Positions 1 through 7,928 of a stretch of DNA of 26,365 bases are shown in pieces (position 1 is the stretch's first letter; every line of letters begins with the position of its first letter). The notes below the pieces were generated by a model that saw only the letters and a program-made list of their open reading frames with translations, was not told the origin of the DNA and did not search any database. The DNA is taken from IMG/VR virus record IMGVR_UViG_3300033417_000045, positions 1 to 26,365 of that record; one strand, written 5' to 3'. This DNA comes from a virus (Duplodnaviria > Caudoviricetes). The translations under genes and the position numbers were made by a program.

Positions 1-2
1 GC

Positions 3-359
3 GACTTGCTCGACCTTGCGTATGTGACCGGCGCGGCTGCCGCGGCGTTGTATTTCCATCGGGTCTGGATGCCCAAGCCTCAGAAGTGGAAGGGGTCGGT
101 CCCGAAGAAGATTCATCAGGCTCGCACATTCATTAAGGCGGGAGGAGCTACCTACGAGATGAAAGGCGGCAAGGATCCTTACGTAGTCCCCCTCACATGG
201 ATAACCCCGGCGCCGCGATGCGAGGGCCTGAAAAAGTCGGACTGGAAGCACGTCATGGACGCGATCGGCCTGGCGTATTGGGCCAAGGAAGAATACGAAC
301 GTATCGATGCATTTGTAAAGCGACAAGTGTCGAAGTGGGTTACGACACCCTCCGTGTGA
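3..359 (+). CDS. 5'-truncated RuvC-like (Holliday junction resolvase-type) phage nuclease, C-terminal part
   Basis: Frame is open to the window edge. PxKWKGSVPK and C-terminal HVMDAIGLA resemble the 'P..WK' and 'D.ADA.gia' motifs of phage RuvC-fold nucleases. N-terminal catalytic residues lie outside the window. Confidence 0.5.
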   Translation, partial: DLLDLAYVTGAAAAALYFHRVWMPKPQKWKGSVPKKIHQARTFIKAGGATYEMKGGKDPYVVPLTWITPAPRCEGLKKSDWKHVMDAIGLAYWAKEEYERIDAFVKRQVSKWVTTPSV

Positions 360-387
360 GGCAGGCACAGAAGACAAGGAGAGCCAC

Positions 388-897
388 ATGAAGTTAGGGA
401 TCGGAGGACATCAGAGAGGCTTTCAAGGCAAGACCGACCAGTGGCTTACACCGCCCGACTTGCTGGCCCTTCTCGGAAAGTTCGACCTTGACCCTTGCTC
501 TCCGATCGACCGTCCGTGGGATACCGCGACACGACACTACACCGCCGAAGACGACGGCCTCTCGTTGCCTTGGTACGGGAGAGTGTGGTTGAATCCTCCC
601 TACGGGCCGGAGACTCGCAAATGGCTCAAGAAACTGGCAGATCACGGCGAAGGCATGGCCATAATCTTCGCTCGAACAGAGACCGAGATGTTCTTCAGTC
701 AGATCTGGGAGAGGGCGTCGGCTTTGTTGTTCTTGAAGGGCAGATTGCACTTCCACCGCGTTGACGGCACACGTGCTGCCGCGAACGCGGGAGGCCCTTC
801 CGTACTCGTAGCCTACGGGCACTCAGACGCTTTGTGTTTAGCAAATACGCACATCCCCGGACGGTATGTGGGTCTAAGGCAAGGAGCCGCAGCATGA
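388..897 (+). CDS. Phage DNA N6-adenine methyltransferase (PF05869 Dam-type)
   Basis: DQWLTPP, FDLDPCS, DGLSLPW and VWLNPPY (motif IV), followed by ARTET and FLKGRLHF, are typical of this family. AGGAG RBS upstream. Confidence 0.9.
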   Translation: MKLGIGGHQRGFQGKTDQWLTPPDLLALLGKFDLDPCSPIDRPWDTATRHYTAEDDGLSLPWYGRVWLNPPYGPETRKWLKKLADHGEGMAIIFARTETEMFFSQIWERASALLFLKGRLHFHRVDGTRAAANAGGPSVLVAYGHSDALCLANTHIPGRYVGLRQGAAA

Positions 898-1295
898 AGA
901 TTTACCTAGCAGGACCGATGAGAGGTTTCCCGCTCTATAACTTCCCCGCGTTCGATAACTACGCGGCCTACCTCCGCAGACTCGGCCATGAGGTTGTGTC
1001 GCCTGCCGAGATCGATCGCGAGGTCGGCTTCAACGAGCACACCGACACGGCCACGCCGGAGTTCATGCGCAAGTGCTTCGCCCGCGACGCTCAGGAGATC
1101 GCGGGCTGCGATGGCATCGCCCTCATGCCCATGTGGGGTCAGAGTGCGGGAGCTCGATGGGAGTTGGATCTGGCCTTGATGCTCGGCCTCGAAGTCCTCG
1201 ACGCCACGGACGGCAGCAAGATCGACATCAGCAAGAAGCCTCTCATGTGGCCGGAGATTTATGACATCTCCGACGCGGAACGATCCTCGGCGTAA
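894..1295 (+). CDS. DUF4406 family protein (nucleoside 2-deoxyribosyltransferase-like fold), 133 aa
   Basis: MKIYLAGPMRG..YNFPAF, VVSPAE, CDGIALMPMW.QSAGARWE.LA. ATG at 894 overlaps the upstream stop (ATGA) with an AAGGAG RBS, so start moved from 834 to 894. Confidence 0.85.
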   Translation: MKIYLAGPMRGFPLYNFPAFDNYAAYLRRLGHEVVSPAEIDREVGFNEHTDTATPEFMRKCFARDAQEIAGCDGIALMPMWGQSAGARWELDLALMLGLEVLDATDGSKIDISKKPLMWPEIYDISDAERSSA

Positions 1296-1307
1296 TAGGA
1301 GAGTTAG

Positions 1308-1655
1308 ATGCGAACAATCGTCGCAGGCAGCCGCACGGCAGGGTTGCCGGAAGTCTACCGGGCCTTAAATGATTGCCCGTTCGAGTCGTCCATCTCCGAA
1401 GTTATATCAGGCACCGCGAGAGGGGCTGACTCTGCTGGAGAGCATTGGGCCAACGCCTTGGACATCCCCGTCAAACGGTTCCCTGCTGATTGGGACAAGC
1501 ACGGTCGTTCCGCGGGGTATCTGAGAAACGAAGAGATGGCAAATCATGCGGATGCTCTCGTTGCCGTTTGGGACGGGTCCAGCAGAGGCACCAAGCACAT
1601 GATCGACATAGCCCGTCGCAAGGGGTTAGAAGTGTTTGTATACACCTTCAGATAG
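1308..1655 (+). CDS. DUF2493 / YspA-like SLOG-superfamily protein
   Basis: IVAGSR, VISGTARGAD, FPADWDKHGRSAGYLRNEEM, WDGSSRGTKHMI. AGGAG RBS. Confidence 0.88.
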   Translation: MRTIVAGSRTAGLPEVYRALNDCPFESSISEVISGTARGADSAGEHWANALDIPVKRFPADWDKHGRSAGYLRNEEMANHADALVAVWDGSSRGTKHMIDIARRKGLEVFVYTFR

Positions 1656-2202
1656 TCACCGACCCTCTCAGGTCGAGGATCGGCTTCAAAAAGTCGAGGA
1701 AGTGCTTCCGGCACATCGGTGTCCCGACATCGTTCGCGACGCGGCTGAAGCCCGCCATGCCTCCCCCCGGCTCGTTCTCGAAGAACTTAGACGCCTGCTG
1801 CGGCGTCTTCACGAACTTGGTCACGATCATCGGTACGGGTTGCCCCGCCTCGCGTGCGATGCGATTCTGATCGAGCCAGAAGGCGAACTGTTCCTTCGTC
1901 AACCGCTTGACCTGCGAGAACCTCTCGACCTGATGGCCGTTGTCGAGCCGCGGATCATTTCTCGGGTCTCGAAACCACACAAGGAACTTCGCACGATAAG
2001 GCCCGAACGGCCCCCGGCCATCGTGGACATACAAAGCCCAATAGTGAGGGATGTAGGCGCTCGAATGGCCTGGGGAGAATACCTGTGCCCGCAGAGCGGT
2101 TCGCAGGGTCTTGGAGGGGATCGACGGACGCACGAAGCTAACGGCCTGCTGCGCCAGTTCCTTCGCCAGTCGCTTCAGAAAGGTCTCTTCCTTCTCGGCC
2201 AC
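1648..2202 (-). CDS. Putative neck/virion morphogenesis protein (HK97 gp10 / Mu gpG-like)
   Basis: Basic protein with HYWALYVHDGRGPFGP..AKFLVWF, resembling the 'YA.YVH.GT.P...K.L.F' motif. Likely GTG start at 2202 preceded by GGAGAAAGG; the ORF track start is 2238. Last gene of the portal operon. Confidence 0.5.
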   Translation of the reverse strand: MAEKEETFLKRLAKELAQQAVSFVRPSIPSKTLRTALRAQVFSPGHSSAYIPHYWALYVHDGRGPFGPYRAKFLVWFRDPRNDPRLDNGHQVERFSQVKRLTKEQFAFWLDQNRIAREAGQPVPMIVTKFVKTPQQASKFFENEPGGGMAGFSRVANDVGTPMCRKHFLDFLKPILDLRGSVTI

Positions 2203-2347
2203 AGCCTTTCTCCAGATCGAAGATTTTGACGCTGACAACTCCCCGGAGCTTCATCGCCGCTATCGCGGTCGCTTCCGGGTCATTGGTCGATCCCAGGAGC
2301 GAGGTACGACCTCCCTCCCAGATCAGATGAACCTCGTAGCGGTCCAT
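2138..2347 (-). CDS. Hypothetical protein, 69 aa (MDRYEVHL...)
   Basis: ATG 6 nt after the upstream stop and co-oriented with the operon. Overlaps the next gene by about 65 nt. Confidence 0.45.
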   Translation of the reverse strand: MDRYEVHLIWEGGRTSLLGSTNDPEATAIAAMKLRGVVSVKIFDLEKGCGREGRDLSEATGEGTGAAGR

Positions 2348-2521
2348 AAAGTCTCAGGAGGAACAAGGAATTGTCCGAACCCAAGGACCGCAAGACACCC
2401 ACGCGAAGTAACGCCGCGGCGACGTGAACTCCGCGAGATACCAGTGCGGACGACCTCGGAAATGAATTGTGCGAATAGGCATAGGGTATTCCTCCTTCAG
2501 TGTTTCCTCGTAGCGGTCCAT
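2332..2521. repeat. 16-bp direct repeat CCTCGTAGCGGTCCAT at 2332-2347 and 2506-2521
   Basis: Exact match read from the sequence. On the - strand it is ATGGACCGCTACGAGG, the first 16 nt of two consecutive ORFs. Confidence 0.9.
2354..2521 (-). CDS. Small hypothetical protein, 55 aa (MDRYEETLKEEYPMPIRTIHFRGRPHWYLAEFTSPRRYFAWVSCGPWVRTIPCSS), not in ORF track
   Basis: Translated by hand. ATG overlaps the upstream TGA (TGATG). Alternative ATG at 2482 has a strong AAGGAGG RBS (42 aa product). Fills the operon gap. Confidence 0.5.
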   Translation of the reverse strand: MDRYEETLKEEYPMPIRTIHFRGRPHWYLAEFTSPRRYFAWVSCGPWVRTIPCSS

Positions 2522-2760
2522 CAAGCAGCCTCGTCAGGCGTACAGAAATCGTGAACAAGGTCCATGTCCTGCACCGCTTTGATGGCCAGGTGGATGCCGA
2601 AGCCTTCTCTCGTTTCCTTGCGGCGGGTGCATTCCTTCACCATCCGTTCCAGAACCTCGATCACGTCGGCGAAGGCTTGGGATCGCTCGTCGTAGTGAGG
2701 GTTCCGCTTCTTCGCCTTCTGCTTATCGTTCTCTGCGTTTGTGTATTTTTCCGCGTCCAT
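2521..2760 (-). CDS. Hypothetical protein, 79 aa
   Basis: Strong GAAGGAGG RBS 4 nt before ATG. Charged, helical-looking sequence with genome-typical codons. Confidence 0.7.
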   Translation of the reverse strand: MDAEKYTNAENDKQKAKKRNPHYDERSQAFADVIEVLERMVKECTRRKETREGFGIHLAIKAVQDMDLVHDFCTPDEAA

Positions 2761-3005
2761 ACGGCCTCCTTCACGCCTTGAGTTTCGAGCAGATCGCGAA
2801 TATCTCGGGCTGCCCTTATCATTTTGCGGAGTTGCTTCTTGTTGTCCTTCTCATCCGATTTTTCCGTGTCCGAAAATCCGAGCAATTCGACGGTGTCGGG
2901 ACTCGTCCACCGGATGGTCACGGCGAAGTCGTAGGGATCGCTGTGGGTCCGAGTTTCGTCGCCGACTCTAATCAAGCTCGCCAGATGTTCGATCGTTGCC
3001 GGCAT
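2661..3005 (-). CDS. Hypothetical protein, 114 aa
   Basis: GGGGTGA RBS before ATG, co-oriented with the operon. The last ~33 codons overlap the next gene and look like low-complexity run-on. Confidence 0.6.
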   Translation of the reverse strand: MPATIEHLASLIRVGDETRTHSDPYDFAVTIRWTSPDTVELLGFSDTEKSDEKDNKKQLRKMIRAARDIRDLLETQGVKEAVWTRKNTQTQRTISRRRRSGTLTTTSDPKPSPT

Positions 3006-3030
3006 CTCTCACCCCTGATCGCTGCCGTCG

Positions 3031-3291
3031 CTATTCTTCGTCGTTGAGTTTGTTTTCGGTGAAGCCAAGTTCGCTGTGTAACCCCTTCAGTTTCTCGATC
3101 GAGTCCTTCAACCTTCCAATCTCATGCCCTATTTCCCCTCTCGCCCACGACACATCGACAAGGGAGGACTTTTTATCGTCCTTCAATTCTCTGATTTCCA
3201 TTCTCAGGCGTCCGCACCTTTTTTCCAGGTGCGAGGCATAGATAAAATTGAGGGCTAGCAAGGCAATCGCGACAATTTCCACAATAGTCAT
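3031..3291 (-). CDS. Membrane-anchored coiled-coil protein, 86 aa
   Basis: N-terminal hydrophobic stretch IVEIVAIALLALNFIYA followed by heptad-like charged helix. GAAAGGA RBS. Confidence 0.7.
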   Translation of the reverse strand: MTIVEIVAIALLALNFIYASHLEKRCGRLRMEIRELKDDKKSSLVDVSWARGEIGHEIGRLKDSIEKLKGLHSELGFTENKLNDEE

Positions 3292-3310
3292 GTTGATCCT
3301 TTCGAGGGAG

Positions 3311-4738
3311 TTAGTCTTTCACGCCGTCTTTGAGGTTGCGGCCCTTCTGCTGCGCACTGGCCACCGGCTCACGCATCCGGCTCATCGTGTCCATTAGTTC
3401 GAGGTCGATCTCGTCGTTGATCGTCTTGAGGAGAAAGTCTTTCTCCGTCAGACCCAGGCCCGTGTCCGTGCCGAGTGTGGCCGTGAGGGTCTGGGTGAAG
3501 ATGCGCTGAGCCGGGCCGATCTTGAGGGCCTGGAACGCCTTGATGGCATTGGGCAGTTCGTTGGACGCACCGAGCTTGCCGGGGATGAGGATGCCCGCCA
3601 GCAGCGGCGGTACGCCGTGGGCCGTGACAATCCCGACCGCGAGTTCTTGCTTCGTGGCGACGAACTCGTCTTCCGCCTTTGCATCCATGCCGAGTTTCTC
3701 AAGCTGAATCTTGATGTCCTGCGAGGAGAGGTTCACGGCGATGGACTTGTGGCTGTTGCCCTTGCCGATGTTCGCCTTCAGTGCCGTCTCGATCTTGAGC
3801 CAGTCAGCAGTCGGCAACTTCTGCCCGAGGATGAACAGCATAAACTCCGGCACGCCGCGGTTGAGGAAAAAGTCATATTTCCACTGGTGGAGGCATTGCA
3901 CGAGTTCGATCAGCGCCACGGCCGACAGCCAGTCGGGGAAGCCGTACCACCGGCTCAGCGTCGAAGGTCGGCGAAACTCGATGACCTCCGAGACGTGGTT
4001 GGGGTTCGGCTTCTCGCCGGTCATCTGGATACCCCCGCCCTTGACTCGCTCAAGGAATCCATCCCGATCACCGAAACGAGCGAACCGCCGAACCGCTCCA
4101 CCCTCGGGCGAGTCGATCTCGTAATGGTGCTCGTAGAACTCGTTCTCCAGATACACATGCACGTCCGGCGCCGAGAGATGATGGAGGCCCGTGATGGTCC
4201 CCGCAGGCACCCTCGAACTGCCCGCCGATGACGACGTGGTCTTGCCGGTCCCGCGACGCACCACTTCCATGTATCCCGTACCGACCTGCCAGAAGTCCTC
4301 GCACACCGGCGAGAAGGTGTTCTGGAAGGTGTGGGTGCAGAGCGGGTTGAGCACCTTGTCCACTTTCGAGATCTCGTCGTCCTCTTTCGGAGGAAGCGGC
4401 GTCACACCGTCCGGTCCCATCTGCGGCGGCTTGGGCCGGCCGAACCCCAGGCCCACGGTCGAGGAGACCTTCGCGTGGATACATGCCGCGTGGTGCTCGT
4501 TGGAAGTCTGGAAGTTGGTCACGGCCCGCCAGTCGAACGGATGCTCTTTGCGACCGTGCCATACCGACTGGCCCGAGGCTTCCTCCTTGGCCGACCCCGC
4601 CGCTTTGAAGATCGCCGTCGCGAGGCAGTTGTGGTTGCCCTGGCTGTCGAAGTAGTCCTTGTAGAGAGGGACCACGTCGCGGTGAATCAACTCCACCAGG
4701 GAATCCGGGGCAGGTACGGGGGTTAACTGTGCCGTCAT
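3311..4738 (-). CDS. Phage portal protein (PBSX / P2 gpQ-like)
   Basis: 475 aa. HAACIHAK...GLG, GTGYMEVVR, RWYGFPDWLSA, FFLNRGVP, IVTAHGVPPLLAGI are typical portal motifs. Confidence 0.92.
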   Translation of the reverse strand: MTAQLTPVPAPDSLVELIHRDVVPLYKDYFDSQGNHNCLATAIFKAAGSAKEEASGQSVWHGRKEHPFDWRAVTNFQTSNEHHAACIHAKVSSTVGLGFGRPKPPQMGPDGVTPLPPKEDDEISKVDKVLNPLCTHTFQNTFSPVCEDFWQVGTGYMEVVRRGTGKTTSSSAGSSRVPAGTITGLHHLSAPDVHVYLENEFYEHHYEIDSPEGGAVRRFARFGDRDGFLERVKGGGIQMTGEKPNPNHVSEVIEFRRPSTLSRWYGFPDWLSAVALIELVQCLHQWKYDFFLNRGVPEFMLFILGQKLPTADWLKIETALKANIGKGNSHKSIAVNLSSQDIKIQLEKLGMDAKAEDEFVATKQELAVGIVTAHGVPPLLAGILIPGKLGASNELPNAIKAFQALKIGPAQRIFTQTLTATLGTDTGLGLTEKDFLLKTINDEIDLELMDTMSRMREPVASAQQKGRNLKDGVKD

Positions 4739-4749
4739 AGTAATCTTCC

Positions 4750-4773
4750 CAATTTGCTACAGGTAGCCAATTG
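4750..4773. promoter_or_regulatory. 24-bp imperfect palindrome CAATTTGCTACAGGTAGCCAATTG in the divergent portal/protease intergenic region (candidate operator or leader hairpin)
   Basis: Arms CAATT.GCTAC / GTAGC.AATTG with one mismatch and a 2-nt centre, 11 nt upstream of the portal ATG. Confidence 0.5.
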
Positions 4774-4784
4774 ACCTAAGCCGT

Positions 4785-4814
4785 TTGACTATGCCTTGCC
4801 AGGTAGTCTAGGAT
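4785..4814 (+). promoter_or_regulatory. Candidate sigma70-type promoter for the head-tail operon
   Basis: TTGACT (4785-4790), 18-nt spacer, TAGGAT (4809-4814) in an AT-richer divergent intergenic region. Confidence 0.4.
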
Positions 4815-4850
4815 AGCGAGTAGAAAGAATCGACACTCCGAGTCAAAACC

Positions 4851-5924
4851 ATGCGTCGAATTAAAAAGGCAACGATCGGGTTCATCTCGCTAGTAAAGCG
4901 GGGAGCTAATCGAATGCCTGTCATCTACAAGTCGGATGACATGATCGACATGGACATGCTCATCAAGGCCGCACCGGCGTTTGATGACAAAGGCGAATTG
5001 CTCGCCGTGGTGTATGCCCCGGAGCTCCGTGATTCTCAAGGCGACATCGCTTCGGCCTCCGTCATCAAGGACATGGCCTACGAAGCCGCTCAGAAGGGCC
5101 TCCCGCAGATCGACATCCGCCACGACGGCAAGGCCCTGGATCGCAGCAAGGCTTACGTGGCCGAGTCCTTCATCGTCCAGAAAGGCGACAGCCGCTTCGA
5201 AGGCTTCAAGGACTACGACGGCAAGGCCGTGGATGTGGCAGGCGGATGGGCGACGGTCATCAAGATCGAAGACCCCGAACTCCGCAAGGCGTTCAAGAAC
5301 GGCGAATGGAACGGCGTCTCGATGGCCGGCCACGCCGCGGTTGAAACCGAAAAGTCAGACGAGATGGTCGAGAGGATTCTCAAATCCCTCGTGACTCGAA
5401 TCACAACTTCCAAGGATGGAGATATCCCGATGGACGAGAAAGCCCTCAAGACCCTTCTGGCCGAAAGCAACGCCGAACTGGTCAAGGAAATCGCCAAGGC
5501 CGTGGGTGAGGCTCTGAAGCCCGCCGAGCCGGACAAGAAGGACGACAAGGTCCAGAAGACCGAAGCGCCTAAGTTCTCCGGCGAAGCGACCGTCGAGAAC
5601 CTCCGCAAGCACCGCATCGCGGTCGCGAAGCACAAGATCATCTCCGAGACGGACTTCAACGACGCCGAGTCGGTGAAGAAGTCCGAAGAGGCTCTCGCGG
5701 CCCTGGAGAAGGACGGGGCGGAGGGGAAGAAGGAAGACAACCCTGAGATCGCGAAGCTGGAGAAGCAACTCGCCGATCTCCGCAAGTCCTCGAACCAGTC
5801 CTCGGCCGACTCGAAGGACGCGAACCTCAGCGAAATCGAGAAGGAAGACAAGGCGTGCGCCGAAGCCGCGGCGGCGATGGTCAAGCACGCGAACGCCTCT
5901 CGTGGCTACGAAAGCAGCAAGTAA
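4851..5924 (+). CDS. XkdF-like prohead serine protease with C-terminal scaffold domain
   Basis: ISLVKRGAN; VVYAPELRDSQGD, IDIRHDG, VAESFI, GGW...IKIED..L...KNGEWNGVSMAG (Peptidase_S78_2/XkdF pattern), followed by a K/E/A-rich helical tail. Located upstream of decoration and capsid genes. Confidence 0.88.
   Translation: MRRIKKATIGFISLVKRGANRMPVIYKSDDMIDMDMLIKAAPAFDDKGELLAVVYAPELRDSQGDIASASVIKDMAYEAAQKGLPQIDIRHDGKALDRSKAYVAESFIVQKGDSRFEGFKDYDGKAVDVAGGWATVIKIEDPELRKAFKNGEWNGVSMAGHAAVETEKSDEMVERILKSLVTRITTSKDGDIPMDEKALKTLLAESNAELVKEIAKAVGEALKPAEPDKKDDKVQKTEAPKFSGEATVENLRKHRIAVAKHKIISETDFNDAESVKKSEEALAALEKDGAEGKKEDNPEIAKLEKQLADLRKSSNQSSADSKDANLSEIEKEDKACAEAAAAMVKHANASRGYESSK
5430..5924 (+). CDS. 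Probable nested in-frame scaffolding protein (MDEKALK..., 164 aa)
   Basis: In-frame ATG preceded by GGAG RBS. The initiation region matches that of the next gene at 15/16 nt. Analogous to lambda C/Nu3 and Mu I/Z. Confidence 0.6.
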   Translation: MDEKALKTLLAESNAELVKEIAKAVGEALKPAEPDKKDDKVQKTEAPKFSGEATVENLRKHRIAVAKHKIISETDFNDAESVKKSEEALAALEKDGAEGKKEDNPEIAKLEKQLADLRKSSNQSSADSKDANLSEIEKEDKACAEAAAAMVKHANASRGYESSK

Positions 5925-5988
5925 GTCACCCTCGGCCGCAGCGACAGGATTCTGAACACCCCCGAACACACTCAAGGGAGATTTCCCG

Positions 5989-6696
5989 ATGGCTTACAAC
6001 CCCAATGAACAATTCGCCTCCACCGCAGGCATCGGCTCGGGGCTGCGTGCGTTCCCTCATCAAGTCCAGGCCAAGACCTTTGCGGCAGGAACAGGCACGC
6101 TCGCCAAGCTGACGCCCGTCGCCTTCAACGATGTCACCGCCAAGTGGCAGGTCTGGACCGGCGAAGCGAACGAAATCGCTCGCCTCACCGCCGATACCAC
6201 GCCTGCCTCGGACGGCACCTTCACCCTCACGGTGAACGGCGTCGTGACCGGGGCTATCGACCACGACGCGACCGTGGCGGCGATCAAGCAAGCCATCGTC
6301 GCCGCAGGCCTCGCCAACCCGACCGAGGTCACCGTCACCGAAACCGATGGCGGTCTCGACGCGGCTGATGGCTACGTGGATATCGAGTTCACGGGCGACA
6401 TGGGCAACAAGGCCCTGACCATCACGGCCGACTTCACCCTCACAGGCAACGACCACGTTCTCACCGAGCAGCAGGCGGGCGTCAACGGAGGCGACGTGGA
6501 CGGCTTGGTGTGGCCCGACGCGGTCGTGCTGGACTCCGACGAGGAAGTCATCGGCCAGGTCATGCTCCGCGGCGAGGTCCACTACGACGACATCGTCCTG
6601 CCTGCTGGCGAGACGGCCAGCGTCCTGAAGGCTGCTCTCCGTGAAGGCCCCCGCCTCCGCGGCCTCCTGATCCAAGGACTCGATCAGGTCCGCTAA
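5989..6696 (+). CDS. Head decoration protein (lambda gpD-like) with an inserted ~105-aa beta-rich domain
   Basis: Lies between scaffold and gpE-type capsid. LTPVAFN...KWQVW and GLVWP...GEVHYDDIVLP flank an EIARL..GTFTLTVNG..T.AI.HDAT.AAIKQAI module. Confidence 0.7.
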   Translation: MAYNPNEQFASTAGIGSGLRAFPHQVQAKTFAAGTGTLAKLTPVAFNDVTAKWQVWTGEANEIARLTADTTPASDGTFTLTVNGVVTGAIDHDATVAAIKQAIVAAGLANPTEVTVTETDGGLDAADGYVDIEFTGDMGNKALTITADFTLTGNDHVLTEQQAGVNGGDVDGLVWPDAVVLDSDEEVIGQVMLRGEVHYDDIVLPAGETASVLKAALREGPRLRGLLIQGLDQVR

Positions 6697-6769
6697 TCGG
6701 ACTTGCAGCGTAACGAACACGGCGGAACAACGAACGGAATCCCCCAACTCCCCGGACGGAGAACGAGAT

Positions 6770-7825
6770 ATGTCCTCACTCACCGAACTCAAGTGGAAGA
6801 CGCTGACCCGCGTGGTCAACGAGATCAAGTCCCCCAACCAATTCCTCAAGAAGCGGTACTTCTCTCGGCACAAGCCGGTCAACACCGAGGACATCGAGAT
6901 CGACCTCAAGACCAAGGGTCGGCAGATCGCTCCGTTCGTTCGCAAGAACGGCGAGGCCATCATGGTCGAAGGCTCTTCGGCCACCCGCTACTCGGTCTCC
7001 GCTCCGAACATCCGCATCAAGCGGCCGTTCACGCCGAGCGAGCTCCTGTTCGGTCGGCAGCCAGGCACGGACATCTACATCGACTCGGGCGCCCAGGCCA
7101 ATGCGGTTCAGTCGCACATCGCCGAGGATCTGCAACTGATGGGTGACTACGTCACCAACGCCGAAGAGTGGCTGTGTGCCCAGGCCATCCAGGGCGTGAT
7201 CGCCTACGAGGTCGCCGATCAGGAAGTCTTCACGATCACCTTCCCGAAGCCGAGCGGCAACAACATCACTCTGACGACCTTCTGGAACGACGGCACCGCA
7301 GGCGATGTGAAGGTGCTCGAAGATATTCACACGGTCAAGAAGGTGCTCGCCGACGAAGTGGGCCTGACGCCGACCGATGCGATCTGCGGCGAATCGGCCG
7401 CGACGCAGCTTCGCCTCCTGGCCAAGGGAGGGTACATCACTCTCGACAACCGCACGCTGAACATGGGCAACGTGGACTTCACCACGCAATACAACGATGA
7501 CGGAGTGATCTACATCGGCCGCATCGCAGGTGTTGACTTCTGGGAATACTCCCGCACGGCGGAACTCAACGGGTCCGACACGGCGATGATCCGCACGAAG
7601 TACGTCGAGTTCCTCTCCACGTCGGCCAACAGCGACCGCGTCCTCTACTACGGCGCGATCCCCGACATGAAGGCCCTCCAGGGCAAGCGGTTCGTCGGCG
7701 AACGCTTCAGCAAGTCCTGGGAGCAGGAAGACCCCTCGGCCTTCATGGCCCTGCTCCACTCCCGCCCCCTGCCCGTGCCTCGTCGCCCCGGCGCGAACGT
7801 GAGCATGAAGGTCATCAGCGGCTAA
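6770..7825 (+). CDS. Major capsid protein (lambda gpE family)
   Basis: 351 aa. FLKKRYF, TEDIEID, IAPFV, EEWLCAQAIQG.I, KSWEQEDPSA...LHSRPLPVP. Strongly biased codons, followed by a terminator. Confidence 0.92.
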   Translation: MSSLTELKWKTLTRVVNEIKSPNQFLKKRYFSRHKPVNTEDIEIDLKTKGRQIAPFVRKNGEAIMVEGSSATRYSVSAPNIRIKRPFTPSELLFGRQPGTDIYIDSGAQANAVQSHIAEDLQLMGDYVTNAEEWLCAQAIQGVIAYEVADQEVFTITFPKPSGNNITLTTFWNDGTAGDVKVLEDIHTVKKVLADEVGLTPTDAICGESAATQLRLLAKGGYITLDNRTLNMGNVDFTTQYNDDGVIYIGRIAGVDFWEYSRTAELNGSDTAMIRTKYVEFLSTSANSDRVLYYGAIPDMKALQGKRFVGERFSKSWEQEDPSAFMALLHSRPLPVPRRPGANVSMKVISG

Positions 7826-7854
7826 GCAACGGTAGGCACTAAAAGTAACCCTCG

Positions 7855-7885
7855 AAGGGAGGGTCGAAAGGCCCTCCCTTTTCTT
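7855..7885 (+). terminator. Rho-independent terminator after the capsid gene
   Basis: AAGGGAGGGTC-GAAA-GGCCCTCCCTT stem-loop followed by TTCTT. Confidence 0.85.
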
Positions 7886-7928
7886 GCAGCAGTCACACAG
7901 ACCGTTCCCGAAACCGAAAGGATCAAAC

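Noticed and set aside
4739-4850. P2 Ogr-type TGT-N12-ACA activator site
   Set aside because: No correctly spaced match found on either strand.
5925-6769. GAACAC and GCAGCG words recurring in the A/C-rich spacers before the decoration and capsid genes
   Set aside because: Too short and irregularly spaced to distinguish from chance or unstructured leaders.
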